Assembly (NCBI RefSeq): GCF_022440805.1
Contig: NZ_JAKNTK010000001.1
Location: 3,988,344-4,020,343 of the forward strand
Reading direction: 5' to 3'
Length of the DNA stretch: 32,000 nt
DNA from: Holdemania massiliensis
Lineage (GTDB): Bacteria; Bacillota_I; Bacilli_A; Erysipelotrichales; Erysipelotrichaceae
Shown: positions 1 to 7,522 of the stretch, piece by piece
Layout: every line of letters begins with the position of its first letter
Position numbering within the stretch: position 1 is the first letter of the stretch
Program-made: the position numbers and the translations under genes
Notes under the pieces: generated by a model
The model's input: only the letters and a program-made list of their open reading frames with translations
Database searches by the model: none
Told to the model about the DNA's origin: nothing

Positions 1-203
1 CACCTGTGATAGTGGTCACTAGCAACTTTGCTATCCGCAATCTTATCGCCAACATTTGCCAATGCCTTTGTTGGTTCTTCTGCAGGATTAATATTTAAAC
101 TTCTAATATCAGCTAATGATAAGCCTTTGCCATCTTCGTTATATGCCCCTTCTACTTGAAAAGCAGAAGTAGCACACCCCCATAAAAAATCTTTATTAAA
201 CAT
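1..203 (-). CDS. 6-phospho-beta-glucosidase (glycoside hydrolase family 1), N-terminal fragment running off the window
   Basis: My translation of the reverse complement from ATG at 203 gives MFNKDFLWGCATSAFQVEGAYNEDGKGLSLADIRSLN...KVASDHYHR. FLWG-A-SA-Q-EGA and D-x-YHR are GH1 N-terminal signatures. AAAGG RBS about 7 nt upstream. Lies directly downstream of the PTS EIIBC gene on the same strand. Confidence 0.8.
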   Translation of the reverse strand, partial: MFNKDFLWGCATSAFQVEGAYNEDGKGLSLADIRSLNINPAEEPTKALANVGDKIADSKVASDHYHR

Positions 204-241
204 ATATAAACCTTTGATCACCTTTCTAATATTAATTTTGA

Positions 242-1642
242 TTAAGCGCTTTTCTTATCATCATCTTTGTATAATATAAAAGTTATAATAAATGAAATTC
301 CAATAGATAAAGCATAACCAATAATAGCTATAATAAAATTATTCGGATTTGCTGGATCCACGAATTGAGGTAAACCTAAGATACCTGTACCCATTAATGA
401 AGTTGATCTTAATGAGAAGATAGCCATAAATCCAGCAGATATTAATCCCGATACTACTACACCTATTATCGCTTTTTTATTTTGTAAAGTAACACCATAT
501 AATGCAGGTTCAGAAATACCGAAGAAAGCAGAAATACCAGCAGAGAAAGCAACCGAGCGATAGTTTTTATCTTTTGATTTTAAAGCAACAGCAAAACATG
601 CACCAGCTTCTGAAATATTATGAGCAACCTTTGCAGGAGCATTGATATAATCATAACCCGTTGAAGCAAATGCTGCAGTAGCGTATGGAACTAAAGGCTT
701 GTGCATACCAATTGCCGTCATAAATGGTAATAATGCCCCTAAAATAGCAACGATAATCCAGCCAAAACTTCCGTGTAATGCCAGTAAACCATTAGTAAAG
801 ATTTCACCCATTTTGAATCCAATTGGAGATAAAACAATTAATGAGAGCGGTGTAACAACTAATAAACATACAAGCGGTACAAATACCATTCTAACTGGTT
901 TCGGGCAAATTTTTCTAAAGTTCTTTTCAACTAAAGCTAAAGCAATAACAGTCAAGATGGCAGGGAAAATTTGTCCACTATATCCATAATTGGGTACAGT
1001 TATACCTAAGAAACTTAACGGTACATCAGCACCTAATATAGCGGTGAATTTCGAATAAATTGATAACGAAACAATAACAACAGCTAAAATCTTATCTGCA
1101 TTTAGTTTTTGAGCTGTAGTAACAGCAACCATAATTGGCAAGAAATAGAAAGCAGCATCAGCAACATAAAATAATATTGAATACAGGCCGCTGTCTGAAG
1201 ACAACAAACCAGCAGAGACGAGTAAAGTTAAAACTGCCTTTAACAAGCCAGCCCCAGTAATAGCTGGAACTAATGGATTAAAAACACCTATTAGGAAATC
1301 TAAGAATTTAGCACCTAAACCATTTTTATTATTCTTCTTTGAGGCAGAAATATCAGATTCATTCTCTCCATCTGCAACTTGCCCACCATTTTGAATGCCT
1401 AATTTAATTACTTCATCAAATACTTCTACAACATCGTTTCCAATAATCACTTGAAATTGAGCATTTACAACAACACCCATTACACCATTAATGGCTTTAA
1501 TGCCGTCCACATCTGCCTTAGAATTATCTTTGAGATTAAAACGTAATCTAGTTGAACAATGTTCTAGGTAAGACACATTTGTTGGTCCGCCAATTTTTTC
1601 GACGATTTCTTTTGCAATTTGACTGTATTTGTCATTACTCAT
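242..1642 (-). CDS. PTS beta-glucoside-family transporter subunit EIIBC (no EIIA domain)
   Basis: 466-aa ORF. N-terminal EIIB with the phospho-Cys motif HCSTRLRF, then a roughly 10-TM EIIC body. Ends without an EIIA domain. Co-oriented with the GH1 gene. Confidence 0.85.
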   Translation of the reverse strand: MSNDKYSQIAKEIVEKIGGPTNVSYLEHCSTRLRFNLKDNSKADVDGIKAINGVMGVVVNAQFQVIIGNDVVEVFDEVIKLGIQNGGQVADGENESDISASKKNNKNGLGAKFLDFLIGVFNPLVPAITGAGLLKAVLTLLVSAGLLSSDSGLYSILFYVADAAFYFLPIMVAVTTAQKLNADKILAVVIVSLSIYSKFTAILGADVPLSFLGITVPNYGYSGQIFPAILTVIALALVEKNFRKICPKPVRMVFVPLVCLLVVTPLSLIVLSPIGFKMGEIFTNGLLALHGSFGWIIVAILGALLPFMTAIGMHKPLVPYATAAFASTGYDYINAPAKVAHNISEAGACFAVALKSKDKNYRSVAFSAGISAFFGISEPALYGVTLQNKKAIIGVVVSGLISAGFMAIFSLRSTSLMGTGILGLPQFVDPANPNNFIIAIIGYALSIGISFIITFILYKDDDKKSA

Positions 1643-1751
1643 AATATTTCCCTTTTTCCTTTTCTTTCCTAAGTACTACATAGCGCTATTTTTGTACATC
1701 AATATTGTATTATTTTTACAACAGCTTGAATACATGATATTTTCTCTATAT

Positions 1752-1772
1752 AATATCTCATATTGAGATATT
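1752..1772. promoter_or_regulatory. Perfect 21-bp palindrome AATATCTCA-TAT-TGAGATATT, candidate LysR operator in the divergent PTS/LysR intergenic region
   Basis: Read directly from the sequence. Ends 19 nt upstream of the LysR ATG (1791). LysR regulators usually bind interrupted dyads in their own divergent promoter region. Confidence 0.4.
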
Positions 1773-1790
1773 TGAAAGAGAGAAATACCT

Positions 1791-2696
1791 ATGGAAAATA
1801 GTCAAATCGAAGCATTTTTAAACATTATTAAATATGGGAGTATTTCCAAGGCTGCGGAAAATACATACACCGCTCAAAGCTATTTAAGTCATAAGCTCAT
1901 GCTATTAGAAGAAGAATTAGGTGTAAAACTTTTAATAAGAGGAAAAGGAACAAGGAATGTTGAACTTACAAATTATGGTGAAGAGTTTCTAACACTGGTA
2001 GAATCTTATCAAGCTACTTGGAGAGATATGTTATCCATAAAAGATTTAAAAACCTCATTAAATTTATCTGTTGGGGGTGTTGACTCTGTTAATTCATTTC
2101 TCTTCAGAAAACTGTACACAAATTTATTAATGGATAAAAAAAATATTTTAAAATTATCAATTCATACTTATCATTCTAGGGACTTATACCAAAGAGTCAG
2201 TTCAAGAAAAATAGATATTGCTTACGTATATAACTCAATCAATTACCCGGATGTAATTACAACACCAATATTTTATGAATCAATGATTTTGCTTTGTAGG
2301 CGGGATAGTCCATATCATAACTTAATGGAGCCAAAAGACTTGCCCCCGGAATATGAAATATATATCAGACATAATTCTGAATTTGAAATATGGCATAATC
2401 AGTATTGGCTGCCAAACAAATTTATGATTAGGATTGCGGCAAGTTCAATTCTTCCAAATATGTTTGTGGACAAAAACTGTTGGTCTATTGCCCCAGCATC
2501 CGTTTTAAGCTACATAACAAAAAATGACAACATGAAAAGTTTTACTCTTGCGGTAGAACCACCATCCATTGTTTGTTACCAGATTGAACATCGTTATCCT
2601 CAACCAAGTCGCCAAGAAGCTATTAACATTTACAAAAAGTATGTAAATGAATATTTGAAATCAACTTATTCAATTAATATTTTCCCGAAAGATTAA
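1791..2696 (+). CDS. LysR-family transcriptional regulator
   Basis: 301 aa. N-terminal wHTH (IEAFLNIIKYGSISKAAENTYTAQSYLSHKLMLLEEELGVKLLIR), followed by a substrate-binding domain of typical length. Divergent from the bgl genes. Confidence 0.85.
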   Translation: MENSQIEAFLNIIKYGSISKAAENTYTAQSYLSHKLMLLEEELGVKLLIRGKGTRNVELTNYGEEFLTLVESYQATWRDMLSIKDLKTSLNLSVGGVDSVNSFLFRKLYTNLLMDKKNILKLSIHTYHSRDLYQRVSSRKIDIAYVYNSINYPDVITTPIFYESMILLCRRDSPYHNLMEPKDLPPEYEIYIRHNSEFEIWHNQYWLPNKFMIRIAASSILPNMFVDKNCWSIAPASVLSYITKNDNMKSFTLAVEPPSIVCYQIEHRYPQPSRQEAINIYKKYVNEYLKSTYSINIFPKD

Positions 2697-2962
2697 ATAT
2701 AAATACTATACAGGCATCGATGTTTGCAGTACTTCAAATCATTTTTATACAAATAAATGAATTAGATGGACACATATATTCGGATATTAAGCGCTTTTAT
2801 GGTAGGTTTGCTGTTTGGATTTGTGATGAAAAGGCAAAATTTAATTTACCATCCTGCTGTCCACACTTATCTTAAAAGAGATGGATGTTCCCTCAAGCTT
2901 GTCATTCCTCTCCTACGAGGTGTATACTAAAAAAATAAAGAATCAGAAAGTGGGGGAATACC

Positions 2963-4375
2963 ATGAGAATTGAAGAATGTCTTGAAAAATCCAGATTTGA
3001 ATCACAGGGATCAATTGTCCTAAAGGGCCAGACGATTCCTTACCGCACCGTCAGCGAAGATAATTTCTTTGTTGATGAAGAAGGTCAGCCGACCGCAACC
3101 CTTTTTTCTTACGCTTATTTTCGCAGCGATATCGAAGATCCGTCGACCCGGCCGGTTCTGTTTGCCTACAACGGCGGTCCAGGCTGTTCCAGCTTGTGGG
3201 TGCATGCCGGTTTATTTGGCCCACGGCGAATCAAGCTGGATGATGAGCTGCATCTGCCGACCGTTCCGCCATTTGAGCTGGAAGACAATCCACACTGTCT
3301 GCTCGATCTGTGCGATCTGGTTCTGGTCGATCCGGTCGGAACTGGCTTTGGACGGCTGATCCAGGAAAAAGCCCGCGCTGAATTCTATGACGCGGACGGC
3401 GATGTCAAGGCCATGGCCCTGTTCATTGAACAGTGGCTGACACGCTACAACCGCCGCAACAGCCCGATTCTGTTGGCGGGTGAAAGCTACGGTACCGGAC
3501 GCTCAGCTTTGTTGGCGGCTGAATTGCTAGGAGCCGGGCCGGTTAAACCGGATACCCTGGGCCTGTCAGTCAGCGGCATCATGCTTTTGGGCAGTACCTT
3601 CTTTGAAGCCAATCCAGCCGAACCTTCCGCTGTTAATCTGATCACGATGGCAGCCACGCATCATTATCATCACCCTCAGGGCAAGCCTTCCCGCAGCGAA
3701 TTCATAGAAGCGGCTTCTCAATTTGCCCAGACCGACTATCTCAGCGCCTTATTCCAGGGCGACGCTTTGCCGCAGGAGCAGCAGGAAGTTATCGCTGAAA
3801 AGCTGGAATACTTTACCGGCATCGAGAAAGCATTCTGGATTCGGCATCATTTGCGGATTGACATGCAGAAGGAATTTGCCCACCTGCTTTTAAAAGATCA
3901 GGGTTTGGCTGTCGGCTTCTATGACGGCCGCTATACCTGGAATGATGACCCGGCCATCCACGACGCCAACGTCATCGCCGATGATCCAGCCATGGGACAA
4001 TACACCCCGGCCTTCCAGACCGCCTTTGCCTTAATCTGCAAGGAACTGAACATTACGTTCAACCGCAGCAGTAAGGGTTTGGTCTTCGATGTCAACGAAA
4101 CATGGCAGCGCAAGCCAAAGACCTCCCCGGCCCAAGCTTTAGCCGGAGCGATGCGGCGTAATCCCAAGCTGCGTGTCTTCTTTGCCAGCGGTCTGTATGA
4201 TCTGTGCACTACAGCCGGCAATGCCCGCTATCTGGCCACACATTCGCATTTAGATCCAAGCCGGGTTCTGGTTGGAGAATATCCATCCGGACACATGGCT
4301 TATCTGGGTGAGGAAAGTGCGAAATTATTAGCTGCGGATATGCGCCGCTTCTTCACACAGGCCATCGAAAAATAA
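2963..4375 (+). CDS. Serine carboxypeptidase-like protein (peptidase S10 family), no signal peptide
   Basis: 470 aa. Contains YNGGPGCSS and the catalytic-Ser motif GESYG. SGHMAY near the C-terminus fits the catalytic His. GGGGGA RBS upstream. Confidence 0.75.
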   Translation: MRIEECLEKSRFESQGSIVLKGQTIPYRTVSEDNFFVDEEGQPTATLFSYAYFRSDIEDPSTRPVLFAYNGGPGCSSLWVHAGLFGPRRIKLDDELHLPTVPPFELEDNPHCLLDLCDLVLVDPVGTGFGRLIQEKARAEFYDADGDVKAMALFIEQWLTRYNRRNSPILLAGESYGTGRSALLAAELLGAGPVKPDTLGLSVSGIMLLGSTFFEANPAEPSAVNLITMAATHHYHHPQGKPSRSEFIEAASQFAQTDYLSALFQGDALPQEQQEVIAEKLEYFTGIEKAFWIRHHLRIDMQKEFAHLLLKDQGLAVGFYDGRYTWNDDPAIHDANVIADDPAMGQYTPAFQTAFALICKELNITFNRSSKGLVFDVNETWQRKPKTSPAQALAGAMRRNPKLRVFFASGLYDLCTTAGNARYLATHSHLDPSRVLVGEYPSGHMAYLGEESAKLLAADMRRFFTQAIEK

Positions 4376-4387
4376 AGTCAAGCATCA

Positions 4388-4429
4388 AAACGGATGTTCG
4401 CGCCTGAAAGCAAAGCATCCGTTTTTTTT
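4388..4429 (+). terminator. Rho-independent terminator after the S10 gene
   Basis: Stem AAACGGATG (4388-4396) pairs with CATCCGTTT (4416-4424), followed by a T-run. Confidence 0.6.
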
Positions 4430-4490
4430 CATTTGCGCTTGAGAAGACTTTGTTTTCATTCCTTGGCTTCTAATAAAAGAAATTAAATAA

Positions 4491-4543
4491 TAAAAAACCG
4501 CAGCGTTCAGGAAACACCCAAGATGTTCCTTCTCACTGCGGTT
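4491..4543 (-). terminator. Rho-independent terminator after reductase 1
   Basis: Read on the minus strand: AACCGCAG ... CTGCGGTT stem (4496-4503 / 4536-4543) followed by TTTTTT (plus-strand A-run 4492-4497). Confidence 0.6.
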
Positions 4544-4601
4544 TGATCTATCTGAATAACCTATGTTTGTTCAGGCCTAGGTTTACAGCTGCGACCTGCC
4601 T

Positions 4602-6512
4602 TTATTTCGCGGCGTTAGCTCCGGCAATTTTTCCGAAAACCATAATGTCCGCGATGGCATTGCCGCCGACACGGTTGCCGCCATGAATACCGCCGGTCAC
4701 TTCCCCCGCGGCATATAAACCTTGAATCGCTTCGCCGGCTTCATTTAAAACCTGAGCTTCCGTATTGATCGTCAGTCCGCCCATCGTATGATGAACGCTC
4801 GGTTTTTCGATAACCGCATAGTAAGGGGCGGTCTCAATTTTACTGCCGAAAACATTCTTTCCGAAATCCGGATCGTTTCCCGCGTCGACATACGAATTGT
4901 ATTTTTCAACCGAAGTTATCAGATTCTCGCTCGGACATCCGATTTGTTCAGCCAGGGCTTCCAGACTCTCTGCCTTATACAGAATTCCCTTTTCCACCAT
5001 CGCGTCGACCTGTTCCTGCGTTGCTTTGTTCTGCAGCGTTGGAATCATATTCTGATCGGCAATGTGGTAGAAAACGCCGTCGGTCTGACTTAAAGCCGCA
5101 CTGGCTAAGACATCCCGTTCCGCATATTCGTTGACAAAGCGATTCCCTTCCTGATTGACAAACATGTAATACTGACTCGGTACCAACAGGCCGTCCGCAA
5201 GCTGGCCGGTCACTGCACTGGCTGTCGGCATCAGCTGAACCATGCCCATGCCTGTCAGCGAAGCTTTTGCCTGCAGGCCAAGTTCAATTCCATCGCCGGT
5301 TGCCCCTGCAACATTGGTAGTTTTAATGCCTTCTGGAATCGCTGGCCAGTAGGTATTGTACTCTTTTACCATTTCCCCATTGGCGCCAAAGCCGCCGGTT
5401 GCCAGAATTACATTTTTCGCATGAATGGTTAAAGTGGATCCATCCTCTTTGCGGCAGATCACTCCGGTTACCGCATCTCCATCCAGAATCAGATCGGTGG
5501 CACGGGTGGCCAGATAAATCTTTCCGTTATGCGCTTCGATATACTGCTGCGCAGAAGTGAAAACGCCTTCCTTACTTTCGAAATTGTGTCCTCTTAACCA
5601 CAGAGATCCTACCGGGCTGGATAGTTCGTCACTGAGCGCCACTCCGACGGTATCCCCCAGCCAATGGAAGGTTTCCAATGATTTTTCACATAAGAGCTGA
5701 ACGAGATCAAAATCACCGCTGATTTCTCCGCCGCTGAGATCGGTTCTTTTTCCAGCCTGGTAAGTTTGAATGATATGCCATTCTGTCGAGTCAAATTCCT
5801 TGCTTGTATCCCCTTTAAGATATTCGCTAATCTGAGATTTTAAGGTTTTCAGCGTTTCCGCATAATCCCCGAACTCACTTTCATCATAGTCAAGCACAGC
5901 CTTCAAGGTTTCAACCTGACCATTGAGCGCATCCAGCTGATTTTCTAATTCCGGATCCGCGGCATTCATCGCAAAGCCGCTGGCCAGCGTGTTGCCGCCC
6001 AAAGCGGATGTTTTTTCAACAAGAATGACGCTGGCGCCCTGTTCCGCCGCACTGCTCGCTGCCGCAATGCCGGCTCCACCGCCGCCAACAACGACCACAT
6101 CGACAGTTTCTTCGGTATCTTCACCGGCTGCAGCTGTCAAATGAATTTCTTTCAGCGCTTCCACATCGGCACCTGCGGAAGTCAGTGCGGACGAGGCCGC
6201 TGCCAGAATCGCTTCACTGGTTATCGTGCAGCCGGAAACCGCGTCAATTCCCAATCCCTGGGCTTCCACAATCGCACTGGGAATCTTTTCAATGGCTGGA
6301 TCGGCAATGCCTTCTGTTTCCTGATGCGAGGTCACCGTGACTGATTCAATCTTATCCGCAGATAAAACAACTTCGACCGTCAGTTCACCATTTCGTCCCT
6401 CTGCCGCTGCGCTGTACGTTCCAGTTTTGAACGCTGATGTTTTCTTTTCCTGCGTTGTGCATCCCCCCAGAAGCAGCATCGCAGACAAGAACAAAACCGC
6501 TAGTTTCTTCAC
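4602..6512 (-). CDS. Extracytoplasmic lipoprotein flavin reductase 1: N-terminal FMN_bind domain + FAD-dependent fumarate/urocanate-reductase-like domain
   Basis: GTG start with AGGAGG 8 nt upstream. Lipobox LLLGGC. FMN_bind domain with DAVSGCTITS. FAD fold VDVVVVGGGGAGIAAASSAAEQGASVILVEK. C-terminal HHTMGG and GGNRVGGNA motifs typical of soluble fumarate-reductase flavoproteins. Confidence 0.85.
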   Translation of the reverse strand: MKKLAVLFLSAMLLLGGCTTQEKKTSAFKTGTYSAAAEGRNGELTVEVVLSADKIESVTVTSHQETEGIADPAIEKIPSAIVEAQGLGIDAVSGCTITSEAILAAASSALTSAGADVEALKEIHLTAAAGEDTEETVDVVVVGGGGAGIAAASSAAEQGASVILVEKTSALGGNTLASGFAMNAADPELENQLDALNGQVETLKAVLDYDESEFGDYAETLKTLKSQISEYLKGDTSKEFDSTEWHIIQTYQAGKRTDLSGGEISGDFDLVQLLCEKSLETFHWLGDTVGVALSDELSSPVGSLWLRGHNFESKEGVFTSAQQYIEAHNGKIYLATRATDLILDGDAVTGVICRKEDGSTLTIHAKNVILATGGFGANGEMVKEYNTYWPAIPEGIKTTNVAGATGDGIELGLQAKASLTGMGMVQLMPTASAVTGQLADGLLVPSQYYMFVNQEGNRFVNEYAERDVLASAALSQTDGVFYHIADQNMIPTLQNKATQEQVDAMVEKGILYKAESLEALAEQIGCPSENLITSVEKYNSYVDAGNDPDFGKNVFGSKIETAPYYAVIEKPSVHHTMGGLTINTEAQVLNEAGEAIQGLYAAGEVTGGIHGGNRVGGNAIADIMVFGKIAGANAAK

Positions 6513-6538
6513 ATTTATTTCCTCCTTGTGACTTTCCT

Positions 6539-6569
6539 ATCATAACCCCTACAACGTTTGTAAGGTCAA
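6539..6569 (-). promoter_or_regulatory. MerR-type promoter for reductase 1: TTGACC (6569-6564), 19-nt spacer, TATGAT (6544-6539), with an imperfect dyad in the spacer
   Basis: Minus strand reads TTGACCttacaaacgttgtaggggtTATGAT. The spacer counts to 19 nt. Dyad CCTTACAA-ACG-TTGTAGGG (6547-6565) has 7 of 9 pairs. The -35 overlaps the TGA stop of the MerR gene. Confidence 0.5.
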
Positions 6570-7375
6570 CCCCGTTTAATGACCGGAAGATAAAAACGAT
6601 GAAAGCGGTGATGTTCCTTATCCTTGTCCACACAGTTCCCCAACGTGTAACCCCAACAATCGCCATTCACTTCATAACCCTGTTGGCAAACATACTCCAA
6701 AGCCCAATGAAAATGCGCCAGATTCAGCCGGTCCTCCCCAATGGTTTCGATCAGAAACGAATAGGCCAAACAAGAGGGATGATTCTCATAATTCTCAAAC
6801 CAGGTTAACTGAAATTCCTGAAAATCGTTTAGCGTGATCCCAAAACCAAATTCGATTTGACTATTTTCATTCGTCCAGTCCTGTTTGCGGACGACCGGGG
6901 AAATAAAGGATATCGGAAGCAGATCTGTAAACTGGCGGTTTTTCTCACCGGCAATTTCACTCATGATGCGGGTTTTGGAAAACAGTGAGAACCGAACAAT
7001 CGCCGGGCTGGTTGTCAGCTCAATTTCATGAAGGTTTGCTTTAACGTTTTCCAGTTCCCGCCGGCAGTCAATCATACTTTGCAGGATCGCCTGCTGCTTT
7101 TTCAGGTTCCACTCGAAATCCTCAATTTTCTGCGAGAGCGTTTCTTCCAGCGTTTCCAATGAACCTTCATAGATCAGCGTCTTGATCTGTTCCAGCGGAA
7201 TATCCATGTTTTTATACCGCAGAATTCCGGTCAGAATCTCCACATCCTGCTGGGCATATTCGCGGTATCCACTTTCATTGCGCACTGGATGGATCAACCC
7301 CAGCCGTTCGTAATGCCGAAGCAGTTCATTGCTGACATTCATGGCGTTAGCGGTTTCTTTAATTTTACTCTTCAT
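6566..7375 (-). CDS. MerR-family transcriptional regulator with a roughly 170-aa C-terminal effector-type domain
   Basis: HTH region NVSNELLRHYERLGLIHPVRNESGYREYAQQDVEILTGILRYKNMDIPLEQIKTL, then a coiled-coil linker and a long C-terminal domain. I prefer the start at 7375 (MKSKIKE, GAAGGAGA RBS) over the ORF-track start at 7411. Confidence 0.8.
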   Translation of the reverse strand: MKSKIKETANAMNVSNELLRHYERLGLIHPVRNESGYREYAQQDVEILTGILRYKNMDIPLEQIKTLIYEGSLETLEETLSQKIEDFEWNLKKQQAILQSMIDCRRELENVKANLHEIELTTSPAIVRFSLFSKTRIMSEIAGEKNRQFTDLLPISFISPVVRKQDWTNENSQIEFGFGITLNDFQEFQLTWFENYENHPSCLAYSFLIETIGEDRLNLAHFHWALEYVCQQGYEVNGDCWGYTLGNCVDKDKEHHRFHRFYLPVIKRG

Positions 7376-7454
7376 TGTTTTCTCCTTCATCTCCGTGAGC
7401 TTCATCTGCACCTTTCCGCTCCTTGATTGGCTTGTATTTCAAAAACGCCGTATT

Positions 7455-7503
7455 GAATAAAAACCGTAAGGTTTTCTTAATTGGCTTAAGATCCCTTACG
7501 GTT
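7455..7503 (-). terminator. Rho-independent terminator after metG
   Basis: Minus strand: AACCGTAAGG (7503-7494), loop, CCTTACGGTT (7471-7462), then TTTTATT. Confidence 0.65.
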
Positions 7504-7522
7504 CATCAAACATCAGTTTTCG

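Noticed and set aside
1643-1790. RAT/terminator antitermination element upstream of the bgl PTS gene.
   Set aside because: No sequence resembles the RAT consensus and there is no stable terminator hairpin. The region is AT-rich, with a DNA palindrome instead.
6385-6808. ORFs 6385-6666 (-) and 6437-6808 (+) spanning the reductase 1 / MerR junction.
   Set aside because: They cross the promoter, RBS and start of reductase 1 and the 3' end of the MerR gene in other frames. They have no RBS and no motifs.
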